The notes beneath the pieces are model-generated. The model had not been told where the DNA came from and searched no databases. It worked only from the letters and a program-made list of their open reading frames with translations. A program made the translations under genes and the position numbers. DNA of 64,000 nucleotides, from contig DUBE01000027.1 of the NCBI GenBank assembly GCA_012960475.1, positions 42,599 through 106,598 on the forward strand. The letters are read 5' to 3'. This stretch comes from Planctomycetota bacterium. GTDB lineage: Bacteria; Planctomycetota; UBA1135; GCA-002686595. This document shows, piece after piece, positions 45,360-53,294 of the stretch (its first letter is position 1; each line of letters begins with the position of its first letter).

Positions 45360-47617
45360 TGGAAGAGTCAAACATGCAAGAGGCCCCGCAATCCGAGGAA
45401 ACCGTGCTGATCACCGAGCAAGAGCCGAGTGAGTTCGAAGCAACACCTTCAGCCATTGGCTTTCCCATGCCAGATGACGCTCCCGACCCCGGGACCTGCA
45501 TTCGGGTCGAGCGACCTGAATCGGGCCTGGCCGTCGTGACTTTCGATTCACCCCATCGCTCCTTTCCGATTTTTGATGCGCCCCTTCTGCGGGACTTGGA
45601 CACGGTTCTGACCGAGCTCGAAAACGATGTGACTCTCAAGGGGATCGTGTTTACCGGCCGTCACCCCGGACAGTTCTTGGCGGGCGCGGATGTAGAGGCG
45701 ATTCAAGAAATCACCGATCCCGTCCTGGTGGAGCAGGCGGTGATCGCCGTGCACGCCCTGTTTGATCGAGTGGAGCAGCTCAAGCCGCGCACCGTGGCCG
45801 CCGTTGGTGGCCCGGTTCCTGGAGGGGCTTTTGAATTTTCCATGGCCTGTGACCGCATCTTGTTGGTAGACGGCAAGTCTTCTCGCATTGGCTTGCCCGA
45901 GACCATGTTGGGGATCCTGCCCGGGTGGGGCGGTACCCATCGCCTGCCCCGGCGCATTGGAATTCCTGGAGCCCTTGATTGCATCTTGACTGGTCGAATG
46001 TTGCCCGCGAAACCGGCCATGAAGAGAGGTCTGGTGGATCGCCTGGTACATGCAGAGGACCTTGTGCGTGTGGCCAGCGACATCGCCATGGGGCGCAAGA
46101 GTTGCCGCCGTTTTTCCCGCGGGATCTGGAAGTGGCTGATCGATCGCAACCCCTTGGCTACGACTATTATTCGCAGCAAGGCTCTGGAAGGCGTGGATTC
46201 CAAGGCTCACGGCAAGTATCCGGCGCCCTATGCGGCTCTGGACTTGGTGCTCTCGGCTCCTGGTGCGCTACGCTCCACCTGGGCCCGGCGCGAGGCCAAG
46301 GCGATCGGGACATTGGCCACGGGCAGCGTCTGCAAGAGTCTGGTGGGCATCTTTTTCGCTTCTGAGGCGGCCAAGAAACTCGGTAAGCGCGCCGACGGCA
46401 GTGCGCCCACGCGCCCTGATCATGCGACCGTGGTGGGCGCCGGTGTCATGGGCGCGGGCATCGCGTCCAGTCTGGCTCTGGCCCGGGTCAGCGTGCGCTT
46501 GGGGGATCTCTCCAGCAAGGCCCTGGCTACTGCGATCTCCAGTCACCGCAAGGAGGTCGAGAAGCGCCGCCGTCGAAAGCGTCTGCAACCCAACGCCGCC
46601 AACGCCGCCATCGATCATCTGGTGGGGGTTGAAGGACTGCTGGGAATGGCCCGGTCGGAAATCGCCATCGAGGCGGTGGCCGAGGTATTGCATGTGAAGG
46701 CCAGCGTCTTTGGTGAACTCGCCGAGCAACTGGCTGATGATGCGATCCTGGCAACGAACACCTCTAGTTTGAGTGTAACCGCCATAGCCAAAGACTTGCC
46801 TCACCCTGAGCGTGTGGTGGGCATGCACTTCTTCAACCCTGTCAAAGCCATGCCTCTGGTTGAGGTTGTGCGTGGGGAAGAGACAAGCGATGAAACCATC
46901 ACCCGTACTTGCGCCCTGGCGATTGCTCTTGGCAAGACGCCCGTTGTGACCCGTGATGTGCCGGGCTTCCTGGTCAATCGCATTCTTGGCCCTTACTTGG
47001 ACGAGGCCGTGCGCCTGTTTGTTGGCGGCGCAGATGTGGAGCACGTAGACAGCTTGATGCTGAATTTCGGTATGCCCATGGGGCCCTTTGTGTTGCTCGA
47101 TGAGGTGGGTTTTGACATCGCCCAGCACGCGGCGGCGAGTTTGCACGCGGGCTACGGCGACCGCATGGAACCATGCCCCGGTTTGTCAGGGATGGGTGAT
47201 GAGGGGCGCCTTGGTCGTAAGACTGGCAAGGGCTTCTACGATCATCCAAAGCCAGGAGACCGCAAGGGTAAGCGCACGGTGGCGCAGGATCTGGCCAACT
47301 TTCAGACCGAATCGTGGGCCAGCAGCCTCCCAGACGTGGAAATTACCGATCGCCTGGTCTATGCCATGGTCGGCGAAGCGGCCCGTTGCTTGGAAGAGAA
47401 AGTGGTCAAAGACGAATCCACTTTGGATCTGGCTTCGGTCTTCGGCACTGGCTTCGCCCCTTTCCGTGGGGGCCTTTGGAGTCATGCTCAGCGGATAGGA
47501 CTAGAGGCGGTCTGTGCCCGCATGGCCGAACTTCACTCTCGCGAAGATGTGCATGCGCGCGGCGGAGGGGCTGATCGTTTTGATCCGGCCCCTGTGGCCG
47601 CGCGCATGGCTGAGTAG
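45359..47617 (+). CDS. fadJ: multifunctional fatty-acid oxidation enzyme (enoyl-CoA hydratase / 3-hydroxyacyl-CoA dehydrogenase)
   Basis: The N-terminal crotonase fold includes FLAGADV. The Rossmann motif is VVGAGVMGAGIA, and the HADH block is GMHFFNPV...PLVEVV. The start forms a TGATG overlap with the thiolase stop. An acidic N-terminal extension of about 45 aa is present. Confidence 0.9.
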   Translation: MEESNMQEAPQSEETVLITEQEPSEFEATPSAIGFPMPDDAPDPGTCIRVERPESGLAVVTFDSPHRSFPIFDAPLLRDLDTVLTELENDVTLKGIVFTGRHPGQFLAGADVEAIQEITDPVLVEQAVIAVHALFDRVEQLKPRTVAAVGGPVPGGAFEFSMACDRILLVDGKSSRIGLPETMLGILPGWGGTHRLPRRIGIPGALDCILTGRMLPAKPAMKRGLVDRLVHAEDLVRVASDIAMGRKSCRRFSRGIWKWLIDRNPLATTIIRSKALEGVDSKAHGKYPAPYAALDLVLSAPGALRSTWARREAKAIGTLATGSVCKSLVGIFFASEAAKKLGKRADGSAPTRPDHATVVGAGVMGAGIASSLALARVSVRLGDLSSKALATAISSHRKEVEKRRRRKRLQPNAANAAIDHLVGVEGLLGMARSEIAIEAVAEVLHVKASVFGELAEQLADDAILATNTSSLSVTAIAKDLPHPERVVGMHFFNPVKAMPLVEVVRGEETSDETITRTCALAIALGKTPVVTRDVPGFLVNRILGPYLDEAVRLFVGGADVEHVDSLMLNFGMPMGPFVLLDEVGFDIAQHAAASLHAGYGDRMEPCPGLSGMGDEGRLGRKTGKGFYDHPKPGDRKGKRTVAQDLANFQTESWASSLPDVEITDRLVYAMVGEAARCLEEKVVKDESTLDLASVFGTGFAPFRGGLWSHAQRIGLEAVCARMAELHSREDVHARGGGADRFDPAPVAARMAE

Positions 47618-47635
47618 GCCAAGCTCTTCAGGCAC

Positions 47636-49405
47636 CTAATCTCCGCTCACAACAACATCGTCCAGCAGGCCAAGTTCGTTGTTTCGGTTGGCGTTTCCGC
47701 TGAATCGAATGCGCAGGTTGGGATTGCCGTCAGCTGCAGCACCCAGGCTGAATGAGCGAGTCGCATATCCCGTGGCATTGGTGGCCTCAAGGACAGTCCA
47801 ACTCGATCCGTCGAACCAATCAACTGTGAGGAACTCTCCTCCATCGTAGCCGCTGGTACCACGGGCATATGAGAGCACAATGTTGGTCCTTCCCGATGCG
47901 TCGATGGCGTGTTCAAGGCTCGACGTCCGTCGCATGCGAACGCCATAGGATCCGGTATTGGCCGAATTGCCGTGGACTTGAATATTGCCCGTGCTACTCC
48001 AACCCGTGTTCAAGCTGCCTGATTCGAAACCGTCGCTAAGGAGGTCATTTGAACCTCCGCTGCCAGCGTCAGTCGTGAAGGACCAGGTAGAACCGGTGGT
48101 CGTGCCCCCTGGGCCTACCGAATCCACACGCCAGAAATAGGTGGCGGCTTTGGAAAGCAGACCTGGGCTGAAGCTGGTCTGAGATTGGCTCCCCACCAGA
48201 TCAGAGGCGCTCAGACTGCTACTGGTGCCGAAGTACACGTCATATGTGTCAGCACCTCCCGCGGCCTGCCAGCTCAGGCTGGGCGTGGTGGAGATCCCAG
48301 TCGCGCCGTGCGCGGGGGAGGGTCCAGTTGCCGCGTCGGGGGGATTGGTTCCGCCGCCGCCTCCAGAAACCAAGTCGGGGCGAAAATTCAGGATCGTGCA
48401 CCTCATTCGGTTTACCTGAATCGGAGTGAACTGGTACATGCACAAATCTTCGCTGTAGTCCATGTAGTTCGTAGTCGGGTCCTGGCTGCCGCAAGTGGTT
48501 CGAGTACCGCAGCCATAGAATGGGCTGGACTCGCTGTTGGTATCACAAATCAGATCACCATTGCTTGAGCAGCCACCGCTATGACAGCCTCCCTGGAAAG
48601 TGTGGTAGAGCCCCAAGTAGTGGCCAACCTCATGGGTTGTCGTGCGACCTTGGTCGTAGGGCGCATAGCCAGAGTTCCGGCCAAAGGCTTGGTAGAAGAT
48701 GCGGACTCCATCATAATTTTGTCCGACAACGCCGCCGCCGCTGGGCAGATAGGCATAGCCAAGGTTGCCTCCCGCACTGTTGACATAGATGTTCAGATAG
48801 CGGGTCGTGTCCCAGCCAATCTGGTTGTAGTAGCTGCCTTTGTCGTTGTGCCATGCGTTGCTTGCATAACGATTGATGCCCTTGGTTGCATTGCCGTTCG
48901 GGTCTGTTGTTGCCAGATGGAATTCGATTTTGCCATTGGTTCCAGGCGCTCCCGGAGTTCCCCCGATTGCGTTGAAATCTTCATTGAGAACGTCCATTTG
49001 GCTGTACACTCGTGCGTCGCTGATGTTGCCTACACCGTTATTGCGGTGGAGAATGTGCACGACGACGGGGATGCTGAATGTGTCGCCACCAGCCGGGTCG
49101 TATCCACTGACCGGGTTTGTCTGCGTGTTGCTGCAATCGCTTGGGGGTGGGTTGTTCCAGCCACCTGGATTTACGGAGCGGTCATGGGAACCGCAACGCA
49201 TTCCATGGTCCAGGAAGAATTGGGACTGGTGAAACTCGGCCCAAGTCGCGAACACCTGGGTGCTGGACTTGTCCGTGGCGATGATGCTCCCATCTTGGTC
49301 TTGATAGACTTGGCGTCGGTCAGGAGCGCCGGGCAGAAGGGGGGTTTGGGCGATAGCTGCTGATGAAATCAGAGCCGCGAGAAGCAGAGTTGCTGTGGTT
49401 TTCAT
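47636..49405 (-). CDS. secreted zinc metalloprotease, M43 (pappalysin/ulilysin-like) family, with Fn3-like and C-terminal beta-sandwich domains
   Basis: The signal peptide is MKTTATLLLAALISSAAIA. The zinc motif is HEVGHYLGLYHTF, followed by a Cys-rich region. An Fn3-like block follows (YDVYFGTSSS...YFWRVDS). Confidence 0.8.
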   Translation of the reverse strand: MKTTATLLLAALISSAAIAQTPLLPGAPDRRQVYQDQDGSIIATDKSSTQVFATWAEFHQSQFFLDHGMRCGSHDRSVNPGGWNNPPPSDCSNTQTNPVSGYDPAGGDTFSIPVVVHILHRNNGVGNISDARVYSQMDVLNEDFNAIGGTPGAPGTNGKIEFHLATTDPNGNATKGINRYASNAWHNDKGSYYNQIGWDTTRYLNIYVNSAGGNLGYAYLPSGGGVVGQNYDGVRIFYQAFGRNSGYAPYDQGRTTTHEVGHYLGLYHTFQGGCHSGGCSSNGDLICDTNSESSPFYGCGTRTTCGSQDPTTNYMDYSEDLCMYQFTPIQVNRMRCTILNFRPDLVSGGGGGTNPPDAATGPSPAHGATGISTTPSLSWQAAGGADTYDVYFGTSSSLSASDLVGSQSQTSFSPGLLSKAATYFWRVDSVGPGGTTTGSTWSFTTDAGSGGSNDLLSDGFESGSLNTGWSSTGNIQVHGNSANTGSYGVRMRRTSSLEHAIDASGRTNIVLSYARGTSGYDGGEFLTVDWFDGSSWTVLEATNATGYATRSFSLGAAADGNPNLRIRFSGNANRNNELGLLDDVVVSGD

Positions 49406-49610
49406 AGGGGATCCTCAACACTTGCGACGAATCTGCGTCAGTGAGGGTTCCACAGGTTTGCGGTCGTTTCGTGCGCGATCTTCACTTCGGGAACTTTCTG
49501 GACAAGGTGCACAGTGCCACCTTCGGCCTAGGGGTTATCTACTTGCGTTATCCTTCTCCCGCCTGCATTGCTAGCGCTTTGGGGACCTCTAGCGCGATAG
49601 ATAAAGCAAC

Positions 49611-49636
49611 GCCCCTCTCAGAAAGCTGAGAGAGGC
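49611..49636 (-). terminator. hairpin downstream of the chalcone-isomerase-like gene
   Basis: The stem pairs CTCTCAG with CTGAGAG around an AAAG loop and extends after one mismatch. It lies about 35 nt after the stop at 49671. On the minus strand a GTTGCTTTATCT tail follows. Confidence 0.35.
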
Positions 49637-49670
49637 GCATTCAAGGGAGTACCTTTTTTCGATTACCGAC

Positions 49671-50378
49671 TCAGAGAATTTTCGGGAGGCGCTTGATCAG
49701 GTCCTCTTTGCCATCGTCTTCGATAGGGTCTTTACCTAGGTAGACATCAAACAGAGCCCAGCAGAGGGACTTGGACTTGAGCATGGGCTTGGACTTGCCA
49801 TTGATCGAGGTGTAGAGCTCGCCTCCGGGGCGCCAGGTGAAGACCACTTCGCAGTACTCCTCCAATTCATCCAAGTTCCCGAAGTAGGAGCGGAACTTCT
49901 TGAGGGCTGCGGTGCCGTTGTCCCAATCCTTGCGTTTGGCGGCGGTCTTGATGCGTGGCTCTAGAGAGTCACTAAAGGCTTCTTCTACGTCCTCCCCATC
50001 TACATCGCGGCAGAAGACCAGGCGAATGGACTTGATCATGTCGTCCTTCAAGAGAGCTTCGTAGAGTTTCTTGTCCTTGATCAAGGCCTTCTTTTTTTTG
50101 CCCTTCCATTGGCTGAGTGTCTTCTTGGCAGCGTCTGTGTCCAAGTACAAGCCATAGGTGTAGACATCAACTTTGAAGATGGTCTTTTCCCGCAGCCCGA
50201 TACCAGCCAACGAAGTGCTGGTGGGCTTGCCGTCCTTTGGGGTGCCCTCCGCATCACGGGTTACGGGAAAGAGGTAACCATCATCGTTATAGTCGATCAC
50301 CTCGACTTTCTTTGCATCCTGAAGGGAGTGCAGGCTGGGAACGAAGACGAGAGGTAATAGGAAGAGCAGTGATTTCAC
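49671..50378 (-). CDS. secreted chalcone-isomerase-like (fatty-acid-binding fold) protein
   Basis: The block LAGIGLREKTIFKVDVYTYGLYLD is typical of bacterial CHI-like proteins. The start was chosen at GTG 50378, which is preceded by AGGAG plus 6 nt. That start yields the signal peptide MKSLLFLLPLVFVPSLHS. The gene looks less GC-rich and more Lys-rich than its neighbours. Confidence 0.6.
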   Translation of the reverse strand: MKSLLFLLPLVFVPSLHSLQDAKKVEVIDYNDDGYLFPVTRDAEGTPKDGKPTSTSLAGIGLREKTIFKVDVYTYGLYLDTDAAKKTLSQWKGKKKKALIKDKKLYEALLKDDMIKSIRLVFCRDVDGEDVEEAFSDSLEPRIKTAAKRKDWDNGTAALKKFRSYFGNLDELEEYCEVVFTWRPGGELYTSINGKSKPMLKSKSLCWALFDVYLGKDPIEDDGKEDLIKRLPKIL

Positions 50379-50501
50379 GGGGGACTCCTGAATAGGGGGT
50401 GGTTGATAGCCAGCGCAGAACGCCAGTGACAAGGAGCAGCCTAGCGCCAACAAGAGGGTGGGGCGGGAAAGAACCTTGCTTCCCCGGGCTCCTGGATGCG
50501 C

Positions 50502-51374
50502 TCAGGCCCAGAGGCGGGCTCTTCGTGGCATTACTTCCAAGGTCAACTCGCGTCCTGGTAGCCATTCACCGTCGATCACGATTCCTGAATCATCTTCCAG
50601 GTGCATTTCCATTCGCGCGGTTTGGCGATGCTGCACCAGGGGTGAGGTCAGGTGTTTGCCCGAGTGTACTCGCACCAAGAGAGCGATTAGCTTCGGTCGA
50701 AACCCACGGCGGATCGTAACCACATCCAGCAGTCCATCGTCGAGCAGGGCTGAGGGGGCCACGCGCATACCTCGCCCCGAGTGCTGGGTCAGAGCGGCGA
50801 CTCCCAGCAGTTCATTCTCATCGCATTTGCCGTCGATGCGCGTGGCCCCTGGAATGAGCCTGGGCCGCAGAATCTCGCACAGGGTCGCCAAGTCATAGCG
50901 CAAGCCGCGCGCCCAGCGCAGGCCCTCGGATCGGGTCGTGATGCGCGCAGCTGCGCCCCAACCGATTACATTGATCGCATGGTGCACGATGCCGTCGAGG
51001 GTGGCCTTGATTACATCGATGGGGCGTGTTTGCTTGGCAAGTACACGTTCGATCGCTTGCTCGCCATTGGTCAAGCCCACATCCAAGGCCAGGGAGTTGC
51101 CCGAGCCCGCAGGCAGGGTACCGATGTTCAATTCTCGTCCTGCGCCTATCAGACCGTTCAGGACTTCGAAAACAGTACCGTCGCCGCCCACTGCCAGGAC
51201 CACCTGGGCCGGGGCGCAGGACTCAGCGAGAGCTCTAGCATCTCCAGGCGCGCGGCTCACGAGGAGTTCCGAGGTCCAGCCCCCTGCCTGCAACTGGGCT
51301 TCGGCTCTCTGGGCAATGGCCAGGGCTCGTCCCCGCCCTGCAGCAGGGTTGGCGATCAGGATGGCGTGTGGCAT
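50502..51374 (-). CDS. diacylglycerol/lipid kinase (YegS/BmrU-like, DAGK catalytic domain)
   Basis: The blocks ILIANPAAGRGRA, VVLAVGGDGTVFEVLNGL and IGTLPAGSGNSLA are present. Confidence 0.85.
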   Translation of the reverse strand: MPHAILIANPAAGRGRALAIAQRAEAQLQAGGWTSELLVSRAPGDARALAESCAPAQVVLAVGGDGTVFEVLNGLIGAGRELNIGTLPAGSGNSLALDVGLTNGEQAIERVLAKQTRPIDVIKATLDGIVHHAINVIGWGAAARITTRSEGLRWARGLRYDLATLCEILRPRLIPGATRIDGKCDENELLGVAALTQHSGRGMRVAPSALLDDGLLDVVTIRRGFRPKLIALLVRVHSGKHLTSPLVQHRQTARMEMHLEDDSGIVIDGEWLPGRELTLEVMPRRARLWA

Positions 51375-51422
51375 GGGCTGATCATAGAGACAGCCTATGA
51401 GGTTCTTGAACTTCTTTGGTCC

Positions 51423-52268
51423 CTAGCCCTTGCGCCATAGATTCGGGCTGACCCCCACCTCGCGTTTGAAGGCGCGATAGAAAGTCGAGAGGTCTTCGAA
51501 GCCGCATTCAAACGCCACGGAGAGCACGGTCTTCTGTGGTTCAGTCAAGAGCCTCTGGGCATGTTGAATGCGTAGCTTGCGAACATGGGCCAGCCAGGAG
51601 GAATCCGTTACCTGTCGAAACAACTGGGTGAAGCGGCGGCGCGAAAGGCCAAGACTCGAGGCTGCAGCGTTGAGGTCCGTGGCTTCGAAATAGTGCTGCT
51701 CCAGGTCCTGTACGTAGGACCTCATGCGGGCCATGGAATTCCCCCGGTACCAGGGCAGACCGGTTCCAGTCTGGCCTTCCTGGTTTCGGTTGCGGTCTGC
51801 CGCGAGATCCGCCAGCAGGCGCAGGGTCAGGCTGGTGGCCAGGGCGCAGGAGTGGGGCAGGTTCCGCTGGCGTTCGACTTTGACCCTGCGCAGCAGGCTG
51901 GCCAGACGGGAGGTGCGGTCAGGGTCTAGTTCGATGACTCCCGTGGGGAGTCTCTCCGGATCGAGGGAGGCTATCTCAAGTACGCGCGCGCCCACTCGCA
52001 GTTCTTCTATCAGCAGTGGGTCGTTGGGTTCGTCGCTGAGTTGTCCCTCGCTGTTTGGGGTCAAGACGATGAGCTGGCCCGGGACGACAGGGGTATGGCT
52101 GCCTGCCAGGTTCAGCCAGCCGCGGCCCTTGCGTACGGTGATCAGGGACAGGTCGGGCCCTTGTCCAGACTTGAAGCTGGTGAAGGGGCTGGATTGCGTT
52201 GAGAGTGAGAGATTCCAGGGGCTTTCAGGGACCACTCTAGGGGGTGATGCGATGGGAGGGCTGGGCAT
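51423..52268 (-). CDS. AraC-family transcriptional regulator
   Basis: The C-terminal double HTH is visible (LGLSRRRFTQLFRQVT...VAFECGFEDLSTFYRAFKREVGVSP). The N-terminal sensor domain is cupin-like. Confidence 0.85.
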   Translation of the reverse strand: MPSPPIASPPRVVPESPWNLSLSTQSSPFTSFKSGQGPDLSLITVRKGRGWLNLAGSHTPVVPGQLIVLTPNSEGQLSDEPNDPLLIEELRVGARVLEIASLDPERLPTGVIELDPDRTSRLASLLRRVKVERQRNLPHSCALATSLTLRLLADLAADRNRNQEGQTGTGLPWYRGNSMARMRSYVQDLEQHYFEATDLNAAASSLGLSRRRFTQLFRQVTDSSWLAHVRKLRIQHAQRLLTEPQKTVLSVAFECGFEDLSTFYRAFKREVGVSPNLWRKG

Positions 52269-52317
52269 TGGGCGGGGGAGGTTGAGGTTGAGGTGCCCCG
52301 CAACCGGCCTGTGGGAA

Positions 52318-52328
52318 CATGCTATAGC
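52318..52328. promoter_or_regulatory. second copy of the 11-mer CATGCTATAGC (extended -10-like TG-C-TATAGC)
   Basis: It is identical to 10461-10471. It lies in the 460-bp divergent region between the AraC gene and the mraZ-like gene, 50 nt upstream of the AraC ATG. Confidence 0.25.
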
Positions 52329-52727
52329 GGGCTTTGCAAATAGGGCAGCCCATTGAATCAGCTTGCACAGATCTAACGGGGCCTGTGCACGTCCGGGTCT
52401 GCCAAATGCAGGTCCTGGGCAAGAACAACCCGGCTCGGGGCAGGTTGAGAATGTGGAGAAGCCTGTCAGCTACCCTTTTCAGGCACACAGAATCCCGCCC
52501 TGGGGGCCCTCAGGCTGGCCACAGTGCCCTGAAGGGAAGGGGTCAAATTGGGAGTAACCTGTTGATAAGCGGGATTGGGTGGGTAGAGCCGGTGGTGGTT
52601 TGGGGCACTAATGGAGTTTTATCGAGAATATCTTTCTTCAGTGGGCTTGCAATGGGGGTCGATTGACTACATTCGGGTCAGGCCAAAGTCGGCCCTGCTG
52701 TCCCGTACCGGTTTCCTACCGCACACA

Positions 52728-53243
52728 ATGTCCTCCTCGATCAGATTGCTAGGTGAGCACCCGGCCACGCTGGACGCTGAGGGCAGGATCCAACTCCCCC
52801 TCGCCCTGCGCGACGAGTGGAACCTGCGCAAATCTGATTTTGCGTTGATGGCGAACCTCGAACCAGATGGAAGTCTCTGTCTGCGTCAACGGGAGGATTG
52901 GGACAGCTTCACCGAGGATCTGCGAAGGAGTCCGGGGCTTTCCCCTCGGGCTCGTCAGACCCTGCTGCTATACGCAGCTCATTCCAGCCCCGTCAGGTGT
53001 GACAAGACCTGGCGGATTCGCGTCCCTGATGCTCTGCTTGAGCTGATCGGAGTGGATCGTAAGTTGGACGGGCAGCGTGACGTGGTCGTTGTGGGCAACT
53101 TCGATGACGTTCGTCTGTGGAGTCGGGAGGGATGGCAGTCCTTCCGCGCCTCTGCTCGTGACGAGTACGCAGCCGGGATGGACGAGCTCCTGAGTGGAAT
53201 ATCCCTCGGTCCGGAAGGCTTGGTCTCTGAAAAGTCGGCGTAG
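52728..53243 (+). CDS. mraZ: MraZ-like transcriptional regulator (two SpoVT/AbrB-like halves)
   Basis: The first half is LLGEHPATLDAEGRIQLPLALRDEW. The second half is VRCDKTWRIRVPDALLELIG...VVVVGNFDDVRLWSREGWQSF. Together they match the duplicated MraZ pattern (D..GR..P...R; V.G.....W....W). The start was chosen at ATG 52728. Confidence 0.65.
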   Translation: MSSSIRLLGEHPATLDAEGRIQLPLALRDEWNLRKSDFALMANLEPDGSLCLRQREDWDSFTEDLRRSPGLSPRARQTLLLYAAHSSPVRCDKTWRIRVPDALLELIGVDRKLDGQRDVVVVGNFDDVRLWSREGWQSFRASARDEYAAGMDELLSGISLGPEGLVSEKSA

Positions 53244-53268
53244 CGAGGGAGCCAGTTGGCTTCCTCGC
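53243..53268 (+). terminator. hairpin overlapping the mraZ-like stop codon
   Basis: The 11-bp stem pairs GCGAGGGAGCC with GGCTTCCTCGC and contains one G-U pair. The loop is AGTT. There is no T-tract. It lies between convergent genes. Confidence 0.4.
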
Positions 53269-53294
53269 TCCCACTTGACTAGATGAGGGGGGCT

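Noticed and set aside
46268-47146. 292-aa minus-strand ORF (and others at 45548-46210 and 44673-45371) antisense to the thiolase and FadJ genes
   Set aside because: These are shadow ORFs inside strongly supported beta-oxidation genes.
52576-52605. TGGG runs upstream of the mraZ-like gene as possible MraZ boxes
   Set aside because: The spacing is irregular (TGGGTGGG, then TGGTGG, then TGGGG) and such G-runs are common in this GC-rich DNA. I mention it under the MraZ finding but do not call it as a feature.
52269-52727. Possible structured ncRNA (SRP, 6S or a riboswitch) in the 460-bp gap, and the short ORFs listed there (52334-52666, 52363-52557, 52237-52488)
   Set aside because: I could not recognise any conserved ncRNA motif by eye. 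The ORFs have non-protein-like composition and no start context. A covariance-model scan would be needed to decide.
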